Assembly (NCBI RefSeq): GCF_030028105.1 | Contig: NC_092375.1 | Coordinates: 34,261,130 to 34,325,129 of the forward strand | Source: Mobula birostris | Lineage: Eukaryota | Length of the DNA stretch: 64,000 nucleotides | Reading direction: 5' to 3' | In this document: positions 1 to 12,616 of the stretch, piece by piece | How positions within the stretch are numbered: the first letter of the stretch is position 1 | Layout of the letters: every line of letters begins with the position of its first letter | Position numbers and translations under genes: made by a program | Notes under the pieces: generated by a model | Told to the model about the DNA's origin: nothing | Database searches by the model: none | What the model saw: only the letters and a program-made list of their open reading frames with translations

Positions 1-1075
1 ACCACCACTCTCTGGCTTCTTCCATCAAGCCAATGTCTAATCCAATTTACCACCTCTCCATGTATACCTAGCGACTGAATTTTCCTAACTAACCTCCCAT
101 GCGGGACCTTGTCAAAGGCCTTACTGAAGTCCATGTAAACAATATCCACTGCCTTCCCTTCATCCACTTTCCTGGTAACCTCCTCGAAAAACTCCAACAG
201 ATTGGTCAAACATGACTTACCACGCACAAAGCCATGTTCACTCTCCCTATAAGCCCCTGTCTATCCAAATGCTTGTAGATTCTGTCTCTTAGTACTCCCT
301 CCAACAACTTACCTACTACTGACGTTAAACTCACTGGCCCATAATTTCCCGGATTACTTTTCAATCCTTTTTTAAGCAACGGAACAACATGAGCCACTCT
401 CCAATACTCCGGCGCTTCACCCGTAGACAGCGACATTTTAAATATTTCTACCAGGGCCCCCGCAATTTCACACTAGTCTCCTTCAAGGTCCGAGGGAACA
501 CTCTGTCAGGTCCCGGGGATTTATCCACTTTAATTTTCCTCAAGACAGCAAGCACCTCCTCCTTTTCAATCTGTACAGTTTCCATGGTCTCACTACTTGA
601 TTCCCTCAATTCCATAGATTTCATGCCAGCTTCCTTAGTAAATACAGACGCAAAAAACCTATTTATGATCTCCTCCATTTCCTTTGGTACCGCACAAAGC
701 CGACCACTCTGATCTTCAAGAGGACCAATTTTATCCCTTACAATCCTTTTGCTCTTAATATACTTGTAAAAGCTCTTTGGATTATCCTTCACTTTGACTG
801 CCAAGACAACCTCATGTCTTCTTTTTGCCCTCCTGATTTCTTTCTTAAGTATTTTTTTGCACTTCTTATACTCCTCAAGCACCTGATTTACCCCGTTTCC
901 TATACATTTCATACAACTCCCTCTTCTTCTTTATCAGAGTTGCAATATCCCTTGAGAACCAAGGTTCCTTATTCCTATTCAATTTGCCTTTAATCCTGAC
1001 AGGAACATACAAACTCTGCACTCTCAAAATTTCCCCTTTGAAGGCTTCGCACCTACCAATCACACCTTTGCCATG
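1..1075 (-). mobile_element. CR1 LINE ORF2 fragment (RT N-terminal region), frameshifted
   Basis: ORFs 875-1117, 448-912 and 206-436 carry CR1 motifs PWFS, NPKSFYKYIKSKR, KSPGPD and NY.PVSLTSVVGK.LE. The element runs off the window edge. Confidence 0.9.
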
Positions 1076-1719
1076 ATCAACATATAAATACATGCAAGAA
1101 CTGTAATTTGTACCCAACAGCCTTGAAACTTAGTTTTGTTACATATTGTTGGAAGTTATTCGTGTTAAAAGAGTAGCTAAGTTCAATGCAGATAAAGTAG
1201 TATTAACTGAAACATTTTCATGGTCTCAAATATTTAGCTTAATGTTTACATCATATTTTCACAGAAAAAAGTAATTTTTAAAAAATTTGCTCTTTGGATT
1301 CAGAGAAACAGGCCCACCATATTCATGCCAACTGTGATATCTATGCTAAATGCATCTCTTTCACCTGAAACCTGAAAGTTTCCGTATTCCCTTTGTTCTT
1401 TCCAAAACTATGTCTCACATAATCCAGAAATTATTGAATCTCTGTAAATCTATTTCTTTGTCATTCTAAATGGCAGGAATGATAATGTAGAACTTCAGCA
1501 ACAGTCCCTATATTTCAGTATATTATTTTCTATAGTTCTCATTATATTTGAGAGAACATTTGTGAACACTGATCATTAAATTTGATCATATAGTTATGAT
1601 AGGATTCCAGTGAGTGATATCTGTGATATATGTATAATGACAAAGAAGTCAATGATTCAAACTAAATATTTATTAGAACTTAAGAACAGAGAATTCTGGA
1701 AACACTGTAAACCAGGCAG

Positions 1720-3520
1720 CATCTTTTACAAATATAAATATATAAAGCTGAAGAGGGTAGCTAAGATCAACGTAGGTCCCTTGGAAGATGAGAAGGGGAA
1801 ATTGATATTGGGTGATAAGGAAATGGCTGAGGCATTGAACGACTATTTTGTGTCTGTCTTCACGGTGGAGGACAGGGCTAATATTACAAAGAATGATGTT
1901 GTGGACGAAATGGTTGGAGAGGACCTCGATAAAATCGCTGTCACTAAAGAGATAGTGATGAGCAAACTAGAGGGCCTGAAGGTAGATAAGTCCCCTGGTC
2001 CTGATGGGATGCATCCCAGGGTGCTGAAGCAATTGGCGGAGGTTACAGTAGACATGTTGGTAATCATTAATCAGAACTCTCTAGACTCTGGGCAGGTCCT
2101 GGCAGATTGGAAGACAGCCAATGTCACACCACTTTTTAAAAAAGGATGTAGGCAAAAGAAGGGCAACTATAGGCCAGTTAGCTTAATGTCTGTAGTCAGG
2201 AAAATGCCTGAAGCTGTCATTAAGGAAGAAATAGCAAAACATTTAGAAAGGAGTGGTTCCATTAGACAGACGCAGCATGGATTCAGAAAGGGCAGGTCCT
2301 GTTTGACAAGCTTACTGGAGTTCTTTGAGGACATAATGAGTGCAGTGGATAGAAGGGAACAGGTGAATGTCACATACTTGGATTTCCAGAAGGTGTTCGA
2401 TACGGTGCCAACAAGAGACTTATGAATAAGATACAGATGCATGGAGTCGGAGGAAGTGTATTGGCATGGATAGTGGATTGGTTAACCAATAGAAGGCAGA
2501 AAGTTGGTGTAAATGGGTGTTTCTCCGGTTGGCAGTCAGTGGTGAGTGGGGTGATGCAAGGGTCAGTGCTGGGCCCGCAGCTGTTTACCATTTACATTGA
2601 TGATTTGGAAGAGGGGACTGAGTGTAGCATAGCAAAGTTTGCTGATGATACTAAACTGAGTGGAAAAGCAAACTGTACAGAGAATGTGGAGAGTCTGCAG
2701 AGGGATATAGATAGGTTAAGTGAGTGGGCCAAGGTCTGGCAGATGGAATACAATGTTGGTAAATGCGAGATCATCCACTTTGGAAGGAATAATGGAAGAA
2801 CAGATTATTATTTAAATGGTGAAAGATTGCAGCATGCTGCTGTGCAGAGGGACTTGGGAGTGCTTGTTCATGAATCACAAAATGTTGGCTTGCAGGTACA
2901 ACAGGTTATTAAGAAGGCAAACGGAATGTTGGCCTTCATTGCTGGAGGGATTGAATTCAAAAGCAGGGAGGTCATGCTGCAACTATACAGGGTACTGGTG
3001 AGGCCGCACCTGGAGTACTGTGTGCAGTTCTGGTCTCCATACTTGAGGAAGGATGTACTGGCTTTGGAGGCAGTGCAGAGGAGGTTCACCAGGTTGATTC
3101 CAGGGATGAAGGGGTTAACCTATGAGGAGAGATTGAGTCGCCTGGGACTATACTCTCTGGAATTCAGAAGAATGAGAGGGGATCTTACAGAAACATACAA
3201 AATTTTGAAAGGGATAGATGAGATAGAAGTAGGAAAGTTGTTTCAGGGGAGATTTAGGACAGAGATGAGGAGAAACTGTTTTTCTCAGAGTGGTGAATCT
3301 GTGGAATTCTCTGTCCAGGGAAGCAGTTGAGGCTTCCTCACTAAATATATTTAAGAAACAGTTAGATAAGTTTCTATATAGTAAGGGAATTAAGGGTTAT
3401 GGGGAAAAGGCAGGTAGATGGAGCTGAGTTTATGGACAGATCAGCCATGATCTTATTGAATGGCGGGGCAGGTTCGATGGGCCGGATAGCCTACTCCTGC
3501 TCCTATTTCTTATGTTCTTT
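1720..3520 (+). mobile_element. 5'-truncated CR1 LINE with RT domain and 3' tail
   Basis: ORFs 1610-2425 and 2422-3330 (one frameshift) contain NYRPVSL, QHGF, YLDFQK, QGSVLGP and KFADDTK. It ends in the CR1 tail cctactcctgctcctatttcttatgttc. Confidence 0.95.
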
Positions 3521-3628
3521 TCATGGAAATGAGAAAGAGTTGGCCTGCTGAGTGTTTCCAACATTTGTTATTTTTACTTTGGATTTGTGGCATCTGACAT
3601 TTTTTATTGATTTTCAATTTCTTCTCAG

Positions 3629-3806
3629 AAAAATGAAAGGAAAGGTACGTCGCATCCAGAGTTTCACTGGTTAGCGGACAATTTCCCTCCACATCTCTCT
3701 GACGTAGTGGGGAACAGCGTCCGAGGCAAGTTACAGCAGTGGTTTGCCACTGCCTTCTGCTGGGTGAGTTTCCAAAGAGACCACCAGCTCGTACTAAAAA
3801 CAAAGG
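3629..3806 (+). other. Candidate exon of an unannotated antisense transcript (exon A)
   Basis: Acceptor ttttcaatttcttctcAG at 3627-3628 and donor AAG-G/GTAAGC at 3807, with an alternative donor TGG/GTGAGT at 3764. One frame is open for 59 codons. I do not recognise it as a repeat. Confidence 0.3.
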
Positions 3807-4295
3807 GTAAGCACACACAGGAATGGGTTAACAGAGTGGCAATGCATCTATTTTCAAAGTTAAGTGGCTCATTAGGTTTAGTGATTTATTCTTGTTAACC
3901 AAAGCAAAAATAAGTGTTAATAATAAGTACAGTGAATTCTGTTATTACTTAACACCATCCACAATTTTAGTTGAAGCATACAATAACTTGTATGCTGGAA
4001 ATCAAATGCATAGTGATATAAATTTAAAATATTTAATCCTTCCGAATTCTACAAATAGGGCAGATGCTATGAAGTAATAGGCAAATGCAAGATCTAGAAA
4101 AAGAAAATTCACTGTTATCTCCCTTCCTATTCAGGATGTGAGCCCAGTAAGAAGGCTATGCATCTTAATGCTATGAATTAGTGTTATGCAGAAACGACAT
4201 TACTGCTGTGTGGAGAATGTAGTGTGAGCCCTTGCCCTCCTTGCTGATATCACTCTTTCACTGCCCTGGGAGCTCAGCACTGCACAGCCTGAGTA

Positions 4296-4325
4296 TATAT
4301 CTTTATACTATATATATATATATAT
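4296..4325. repeat. Imperfect (TA)n microsatellite
   Basis: tatatatctttatactatatatatatatat. Confidence 0.8.
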
Positions 4326-5144
4326 TTTTCTTTTCAATAGTATAAGGATATGTACTCGTGAGGACCACAGCTAAGATAACAATTGAGGCTTCTGGAGTGT
4401 AGAGCTAAGGTGGCTACTGGGTGAATAGGTAAAGCAGGGTTGTGGAAGCTACATGATAATTGTGGTTCATACACAAATATAGGTAACTATCTTCAATTCC
4501 ATATGCTTTTATTGTTCTTTAATTGCTGATGTCTTCAACATTTCTAACATTTATATGTAAATAATTCCAACTTTTTAAGTGGCTTAATAAAAATAATACC
4601 TGTAATATGGCAGCATCCCTAGTTTATGCTGAGCTATCTCGAGAATGATGACGAGAAGAGGAAAGGGAAAAGAATCAAGTCGCAAGGTTTGCACAGGGGC
4701 AAAATTTTAAAACTTGGGCACAAACGTGAACCCTGAATTGCTAAGTGGAATGCACATGTAGAATAATTATAGAACTTGACTAAAATAGATTTATAAGGAC
4801 TCCAGATGGCAGTGGAGCTGAATGGGAACTGGAGTAGTTTCAGAACTGGTCTGGATCAGATTAGGACAGGCAAAATAGCATTCTAAGTGAGAATTTGAAA
4901 GACATTATTTGCTTTGATGATTACAGCTAAAAATGCTTTGGTAGGTTATTTCTGTTTGAGGGAGGAACATTCTGAAGGTTTGATTTATGTACAAGTCTCA
5001 CAATTTAAAAAAATCTTTAAGTCAGGTTTAGGATGAAGAAAATGAAGGATGTATAGGGTTTGCAGCAGTGTGGATGATAGTAACCATGTTGTATATCAGA
5101 TGTCATTTGGCATGCCCACTTATTATTCACTTTATATTCCACAG

Positions 5145-5248
5145 TTTATGACCCAAGTACTACATTTCGGGTTTACATGGAACGTGGGAGACAGGCGCAT
5201 GATGTGTTGAAGAAGGGCACAAGAAACAAGAGGCCTTGTGAGCTATGA
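5145..5248 (+). other. Candidate terminal coding exon of the antisense transcript (exon B)
   Basis: Acceptor tttatattccacAG at 5143-5144. It is phase-compatible with exon A and reads (V)YDPSTTFRVYMERGRQAHDVLKKGTRNKRPCEL-stop. Confidence 0.25.
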
Positions 5249-5739
5249 GTCATTTTATATGCTCAGTGGTGCAGTCTGCCCCCATCACCTGGGAAATAAT
5301 CTATTCCAACAGCACCAGGAAACTACAGTAAAAGGCATACAGTTTTCATAGAGCAGACAGTTGAAGAATTGAGTTTTTTTTTGCGAGAGCTGAGTAACAC
5401 TGCAGGTGGTGCAGCTGCTGGGACCTGGGAGGGTGGAGGGATCAGAAACTGGCAGTGAAGCCCTGAAAAGGGGAAACAGTAGCAGCTGGTGGATGGTCTG
5501 ACTTCGAGACAAGCTGAAGCAAGAGGTTAGAGAATAGGCACAGGCTGGTTTAGAAAAAATTAGGGGGAAAAGGGGTCAGAGGAAAGAAGCTGAAAGGCAA
5601 TTAGAGAAAAGGGAACAGAGGTACGGAATGTGGTGCAGGGACGCACCAAAGGAAGACATTAGAAAGGGATATCTGCTCACCAGCAAGTTTGAACAGCAGA
5701 GCTCAGCCTACAATCATCTGGGACCCCCCTCAACACTGA

Positions 5740-6190
5740 ACATAGGAACACAAAAAATAGAAGCCGGAGTAGGCCATTTGGCCCTTTGAGCCTGCTCTAT
5801 TATTTAACAAGTACATGCCTTATCTGGCTGTGGACTCAGCTTCACTTACCTACCCCTTCTCCATAACTTTAATTCCCCTACTATGCAAAAATTAATCTGT
5901 CTTAAATATACCTAATGAGGTAGCCTCCACTGGGCAGAGTATTCCACAGATTCGCCACTCTCTGGGAAAAGAAGTTCCATCTTAAATCTACTCCCCAATA
6001 TTTTCAGGTGATGTCCCCTAGTTCTAGCCTCACCTACCAGTGCAAACAACTTCTTTGCCTTGATCGCATCTAGTCCTTTCATAACTTCTTGGTTCTATAA
6101 ACTCCCCTTCCATTCCTCTGAGTTCTCCAAGTACAGTCTGAGGTAACCAATCTCTCCTCATAGGCTAACCCCTCATCTCTGAAATCGATC
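5740..6190 (-). mobile_element. CR1 3' end fragment
   Basis: Reverse complement of the CR1 3' UTR and tail (atagaagccggagtaggccatt...), followed by decayed ORF2 C-terminus. Confidence 0.75.
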
Positions 6191-6458
6191 CCTTGCTCAT
6201 GACACCACACTAAAGCAAATTCGGTCACGGGCATTTTTTACTTCTCCTTGTGGAGTGGAAACGTACTATTCTCAGCCCCAAAGGTCTGCAAAAGGAGGCG
6301 GCACTGTTTGGTAGATGCAATGTTTCTAAGTTGACCGCTTCCAGGGAAACACTAGTGTAGATGGACATATAAGAGTTCCTTTACATGCTGATACTAAGAC
6401 ATTGGTAGACGACTGTGCGAACATTTTAGACTGCAGCCATCAATTACAACATCCCTAC

Positions 6459-6514
6459 CTTCCCATATTCTTCATGCGCATTTTTGCTTCTGGGGGCATT
6501 TCTTCTGGCTCACT
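6459..6514 (-). CDS. PCNP: PEST proteolytic signal-containing nuclear protein, coding exon 4
   Basis: 56 bp, tttacAG/.../GTAGGG. Encodes SEPEEMPPEAKMRMKNMG(R), near-identical to vertebrate PCNP. Confidence 0.95.
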
Positions 6515-7216
6515 CTGTAAAGAGAGATAATTCCATTAAGCAATGTTATTTATAGATGTTATGGTCAAGCCATTTCCATAAATTTTATGTTGGAAGAATT
6601 GAGTATTCAAATTTTTTACGCTAAATTCTAACTGTAATTCAACAAATAATCTACTGGGTTGAGCAGCATCTGTGGGAGGAAGAATTGTCAAAGTTTCAGG
6701 TCAAAATCCTGCACATGGACTGATCCAGGTGAAATGTTGGTCTCTTACTGAACCCCTGCAGCAACAGTTCAGTGAGAAAGTAGCCATGCCCTGTAAGAAA
6801 TCAATCCCATTTAGTGAATTAGCTTTGACTCCATGTATACTAAGGGCTTAAGTTTTTCTGTTATGAAATGGTAGCATAAAAATGCTACAAAATGTAACTA
6901 CTAAAAAACTGAACTAGTCATTTGGGAATTCTTAGACTCCGATTTGTAATCAAACAATAAAGTGAAAGAAAATTTCTGAACAGTTCTAAAATCAGCAATT
7001 CATTGATATCTAAATCACTGTATTGGGATATGTATCCAAATGTTAAAAAAACTCAATGTTGATCTGAGACATGGGTGTCATACACAGATCACTGTTAACA
7101 TACAGACTAAGCATGCGAGTGGGAAGGTAAATCAGGTGCTGACCTTTACTGCAAGAGAATTTGAATATAAAGGTAGAAATGTTTTTGCTCCGTCATATGG
7201 TGCACGAGTGAGAGTA

Positions 7217-7880
7217 TATAGTGGATTCAGGTTAATTGAATCATCGGTTAATTTGGGCAGCCCCTTGTTTGGGACAATTCTTAATGAACAAAAATTAAAC
7301 AAGAAAATAGATGGGATTCTCTTTGCTCTCTTTGTTGCTAATTGGGGCAGGAGACTGTTGTCAAACAGCTTCAAATTAGTGTCAGTCATATGCACTTGCG
7401 TGGCTGTTAGACACTACACCATGCTTGGTGAGAACAGTTTTTAAATAGCATCAGTTGTGTGTGTTTGTATTAAAAAAGTGATTTTGTCACTAATAGTTGG
7501 CAAGAAACAAACAATTCAGAACTGTTTTGCTCACTACAGTTTCAAGTATTCAGGCCTAGAGATGCCAGAAACAGCCAGGAGTAAAAATGAAACAAATTCA
7601 CTACTTCAACAAGTTAGGAACAATTAAGAATTTCAAGGTATCGACAATCATCTTGAATGTTACAATGAAAATGAAGAATTGGAGGATGCAAACAAGAGAA
7701 AATCTGCAGATGCTGGAAATCCAAGCAACACACACAAAATGCTAGAGTAACTCAGCAGGCCAGGCAACATCTAGGGAAAAGTGTACAGTTGACGTTTTGG
7801 GCCGAGACTATTCAGCAGGACAGATGGAGGTTGTAATCGTTGATAGCATTGTATGAAGGCATTCTATTATCTACAGTAGG
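7217..7880 (+). mobile_element. Decayed Tigger/pogo-type DNA transposon derivative, interrupted by a PLE terminal repeat at about 7692-7822
   Basis: TA-anchored terminus tatagtggattcaggttaattg and a remnant IQNCFAH..FK transposase C-terminal motif near 7515. Confidence 0.5.
7692..7822 (-). mobile_element. PLE terminal-repeat copy with decayed hammerhead
   Basis: Minus strand reads CTGCTGA...AAAACGTC (core mutated). Imperfect TSD tggaggatgcaa/tggaggttgtaa. Confidence 0.75.
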
Positions 7881-9345
7881 CATCTTCTCTAGAGTACTGA
7901 AGAACAAGGGGTGTTCTTATTAAGAGTTTTTTTAAAAAATGAGACTTAAAAAGGGAGACATTTCCATTGTCAATCTCAATAATAAAGGATTGACTACTCA
8001 GATGAGAAGAGGAAGTGAATCTTTTGAAATGTCTATCCAAGAAGACTGTTGTATATCCAACACATAGATCTTGGAAGTTAAGAGGACTGGGAAGCTTTTA
8101 AAAAGCAACAGAAGGCAACTAAAAAAGTCATTAAGGCAAAGATAGAATGTGAAAGTAAGCTAGTTAATAATACTGAAGAGGATACCAAAAGTTTCTTCAA
8201 AAATATAAAGTGTAAAATAGAGAACGTGAGTGGACATTGGACCACTGGAAAATGATGCTGGAGAGGTAGTAATGGGACAACAAAATGGCAGGCGAACTGA
8301 ATAAGTAGTTTGCATCGGTCTTCACTGTGGAAGACATTAGCAACATTGTGGAAGTTCTAGGTGTCAGGGAGCATGAAGCATGTGAAGTTACCATAACTAG
8401 AGAGAAGGTTGTTGGGAAACTGAAAGGTCCGAAGTTAGATAAGTCACTTGGACTAGATGGTGTACACCCCAAGGTTCTGAAATAGTTCCAGAAGATCGGA
8501 AAATTGCAAATGTTACTCCACTCTTCAGAAAGGGAAAGAGGCAGAAGAAAGGAAACTATAAGCTAGTTGGTCTGAACTCAGTGTTTAGGAAGATGTTGGA
8601 GTCAATTATTAAGACTGAGGTCTGGGTACTTTGAGGCACATGATAAAGTAGACCATAGTTGGTATGGTTTCAAAGGAAAATCTTATCTGAAAAGTCTCTT
8701 GGAACTCTTCGAAGAAATAGCATTTAAAACTCCACAATGTGTTGTACCTTTGGATGCTGAAAAAGCGTTCGACCGAGTCGAATGGAAATATTTATTCAAT
8801 GTTTTAGAGAAATTTGGCTTTGGTGCTAATTTTAATAATTGGATTAAAATGATATATAAAGCCCCTATTGCTACTGTTGTCATTAACAATTGTAGGTCTC
8901 CTTTTTTTCAGCTTTCACGGGGGACGAGGCAAGGCTGTCCATTAAGTCCTTTGTTGTTTAATTTAATATTAGAACCCCTTGCTCTTCGTGAGGCTAAAAA
9001 TATCCATGGGATTTTTGTGAATGAGACCATGCATAAGATCTCTCTTTATGCTAATGATTTATTGGTTTATATATCTAACCCTGACGAATCCATTCCTGCC
9101 TTGCTAAAATTATTTAATGAATTTGGAGGTTTTTCAGGATATAAAACAAATTTTAGTAAAAGTGAATTGTTTCCTTTAAATGATTCTGTCTCTATATATG
9201 ATAATACTCCTTTTAAAGTTACAGATTCTTTTAGATATCTAAGTATTATATTTACCAAAAAAAATAAAGATCTTTATAAAGCCAATTTTGTTCCTTTAGT
9301 AGATTCTATGAAGTATTTACTTAGTAGATGGAGTCCACTTACATT

Positions 9346-9480
9346 CTAGTCCTGACGAAGGGTCTCGGCCTGAAACGTCGACTGCATCTCTTCCTACAGA
9401 TGCTGCCTGGCCTGCTGCGTTCACCAGCAACTTTGATGTGTGTTGCTTGAATTTCCAGCATCTGCAGAATTCCTGTTGTT
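9346..9480 (+). mobile_element. 135-bp PLE-derived mini-insertion (hammerhead plus 3' tail)
   Basis: Perfect 12-bp TSD tccacttacatt (9334-9345 and 9481-9492). Removing it restores the L1 frame SRWSPLTFSLVGRTHIVK. Confidence 0.92.
9348..9383 (+). ncRNA. Minimal type I hammerhead ribozyme (PLE type), intact
   Basis: AGTC-CTGACGA-AGGGTCTCGGCCT-GAAA-CG-TC^GACT. Stem I is AGTC/GACT, both core boxes are intact, stem III is the palindrome ACGT, and the GUC site predicts cleavage after 9379. Confidence 0.85.
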
Positions 9481-12400
9481 TCCACTTACATTTTCACTTG
9501 TTGGTCGTACTCATATAGTTAAAACGATGATTTTACCGAAATTTTTATATTTATTTCAGAATATTCCTGTTTTTTTGACTAGGAAGTTTTTTGATCGGAT
9601 TGATTCTATTATTTTATCTTTTATTTGGAATAATAAAAGACCAAGAATTAGTAAATGTCACTTACAAAAATTGAAAAAGGATGGAGGTCTTGCTTTGCCT
9701 AATCTAAGAATGTATTATTGGGCTGTTAATGTGCGATATATGTCTTTTTGGTTATACTGGGTTGATAACAGTGATCGGCCAATTTGGGTAGACCTGGAAC
9801 TGGAAGTTGTAAAACAGTTTTATTTAACCTCGTTATTGGGAGCTCCTTTACCTATGCAATTAGTTAAAGTTGTTAATCTAAACCTATATCCTGTGATTAA
9901 GTATTCTTTACAAATTTGGCTCCAATTCCGCAATTTTTCTAATCTTAAAAAATTTAAACTTTGTAGTTTAATTTACCGAAATTACTTTTTTTAAGCCTTC
10001 TTTGAGTGATCCAATTTTCTTACTTTGGAAAAATAAAGCTATTAATTCTTTTTTGGATTTATTTAAAGGAGATAGATTGATGTCTTTTGAACAATTAATT
10101 GATAAATATTCTCTTTCATACACTCTCTGCAGTACCTTCAAGTTAGACATTTTTTACAAAAATATTTAAATAATTTCCCTTACATATTGGAGGCTGACCT
10201 GTTAGATACTATTATGAGTATGAATCCTTTGATTAAGGGTTCTATTGGAAGAATTTATAATTTATTATTACAATGGGATAAGCGTCCTTTATCTAAGATT
10301 AAACAGGATTGGGAAAAGGAACTTAATTTGACTTTTACGACGGAGGATTGAATGCGGATATTGAAGATGGTTAACTCTTCTTCAATTTGTGCTAGCCATT
10401 CATTGATTCAATTTAAAATTGTACATCGTTATCATTTGACAAAGGAGAGACTTTCTAAAATCTTTCCTTATGTTGATAGTCATTGTGATAGATGTAAAAC
10501 TGAGATAGCTACACTGACACATATGTTTTGGTCTTGTTCTATATTGGAACAGTTCTGGAAGTCAGTTTTTTCCACAATTTCTAAAACACTTAAAATTAAT
10601 TTACAACCTAATAAATTAACTGTGCCTTTTGGAATAGTTCCTCAAAATATTCATGGTATTTCTGTGTCTGACCAACATGTTATTGCATTTGTTACATTGA
10701 TAGCTAAGAGGGCCATTTTGTTGAAGTGGAAGGATACATCAGCTCCCACTTTGTCACACTGGTTCTCTCAAGTGATGCTATGTCTTAGATTGGAGAAAAT
10801 TAGAAGTCAAACCTTTGAATCTTTGATTTTGAGAAAAGATGAGGTTCATTTGCTCGTTATTATCATTTGAGTTAATTGATATAATTTTTCCACGATCTAA
10901 TTGTAAATTTTTTCGTATATTTTCTTTTCTTGCTGGTGGTTTGATGTTTATTTTTAGAAGTTTTTTGTATGATGCATGACTCCGGGGTTGTACACCTAAT
11001 GGGTTCTTATTTTTCCTCACTTTTCTGCTTAGTAGGTTTTCGTTGTTATCACAAAATTTTTTTTCAATCTTTGTGATAGTCTTTTTTGAGACATTGTAAG
11101 TGTTGTTACTTCAATGTACTCATGTTATTTTTCCTGTATAATATAACAATAAAAATATTTGAAAAGAAAAGAAGACATAGCAAGCAGGATATAGACAAAG
11201 GAGAATCAGCTGATGTTGTGTACTTGAATTTTCAGAAGGCCTTTGACAGGGTGTCACACATGAGGCTGCTTAACAAGCTACGAGCCCATGCTATTACAGG
11301 AAAGATTCTAGCATGGATAAAGCAGTGGCTGATTGGCAGGGGGCAAAGAGTGAGAATAAAGGGAGCCTTTTCTGGTTGGCTGCTAGTGACTGGTGGTGTA
11401 CCACAAAGGTCTGTGTTGGGACCAATTCTTTCTACGTTAGAATTTCAATGATGTGGATGATGTAATTGTTGCAAAGTTTGCAGATGATGTAGATGGTGCA
11501 AGGTTAGGTAGCTTTGAGGAAGTAGAGAAGCTACAGAGGACAGACAGATTGGGAGAATGGGCAAAGAAATGTCAGATGGAATACAGTGTCAGAAAGTGTA
11601 TGGTTATGCACTTTGGTAGAAGAAATGAAAGAATTGACTATTTTCTAAATGGAGGGAAAATACGAAAAAAGCTGAGGTGCAAAGGGACTTGAGAGTCCTT
11701 TTGCAGGATTCCCTAAAGGTTAATTTGCAGGTTGAGTCTGTGGTGAGGAAGGCAAATGTGATGTTAGCATTCATTTTAACAGAACTAGAATATAAAAACA
11801 ATGTTGTGATGTTGAGACTTCATAAAGCACTGGTGAGGTCTCACTTGGATTATTGTGAGCAGGTCTGGGCCCCTCATCTTAGAGAGGATGTGCTGAAACT
11901 GGACAGGGTTCAAAGGAGGAGCAAAAAATGATTCCAGAATTGAACAGCTTGTCATATGAAGAGCATTTGATGGCTCTGGGCCTGTATTCACTAGAATTCA
12001 AAAGAATGAGGCATGGCTCATTGAAACCTATCAAATGGTGAAAGTCCTACATAGAGTGAATGTGAAGACAATGTTTCCTGAACTGGGAGAGTCTAAAACC
12101 AGAAGACACTGTCTCAGAATAGAGGGGCTTCCTTTTATAACAAAGATGAGGAGGAATTTCTTTAGCCAGAGTGGTGAATCTGTGGAATTCTTTACCACAG
12201 GCAGCTGTGGAGGCCAAGCCTTTATGTATATTTAAGGCAGAGGTTGACAGATTCTTGATTGGTCAGGGCATGAAGGACTATGAGGAGAAGGCAAGAGATT
12301 AGGGCTGAGAGAAAAAATGGATCAGCCATGATGAAATGGCAGAGCAGACTCAATGGGCCAAATAGCCTAATTCTGCTCCTATATCTTATGGTCTTATCAA

Positions 12401-12541
12401 TGAGATGTTTAAATATTAATATCAAAGTTAATGCACAAAGTGATGCAGCGGTACAAGATCAGTCACCATGGAAAGGCCAAATGGCTTTTTCATAATTCTG
12501 CTTTGGCTCTATAACATATTACTTTTAGAAAATACACTTAC

Positions 12542-12616
12542 ATCATCATCTTCATTAAAGACTGCAGCAACTGAAGGCTTCTTTGGAGCTAGGACAGGTG
12601 GATTTTCTTTTGGTTT
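12542..12616 (-). CDS. PCNP: PCNP coding exon 3
   Basis: 75 bp, ccctAG/.../GTAAGT. Encodes KPKENPPVLAPKKPSVAAVFNEDDD. Confidence 0.95.

Larger units (their letters stand above)
8723..11170 (+). mobile_element. 5'-truncated L1-clade LINE (RT and C-terminal CCHC), AT-rich
   Basis: Motifs LDAEKAFDRVEW, GTRQGCPLSPLLF, LYANDLL, GGLALPN and CDRC...HMFWSC. AATAAA plus an A-rich tail at 11148-11170. 12-bp TSD gaagaaatagca (8711-8722) / gaagacatagca (11171-11182). Confidence 0.93.
8085..12398 (+). mobile_element. Decayed CR1 LINE split by an L1 insertion (CR1 parts about 8085-8722 and 11171-12398)
   Basis: The CR1 motif LLELFEEIA stops at 8722 and resumes toward IDKGESADVVYLNFQKAFD after 11182. KFADD near 11475; CR1 tail near 12370-12398. 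Confidence 0.9.

Noticed and set aside
1610-3330. Long RT ORFs as an active element or host gene
   Set aside because: 5'-truncated and frameshifted near 2420, with a C-terminal deletion; the N-terminal part of the first ORF is flanking DNA.
4135-4146. 12-nt plus-strand micro-exon candidate (tcAG/GATGTGAGCCCA/GTAAG) between exons A and B
   Set aside because: It preserves frame but is too short to distinguish from chance without reads.
1-6458. Search for the PCNP final exon (DTPTSAGPNSFNKGK...)
   Set aside because: Not found by eye; it presumably lies left of the window, so PCNP is not called a pseudogene.
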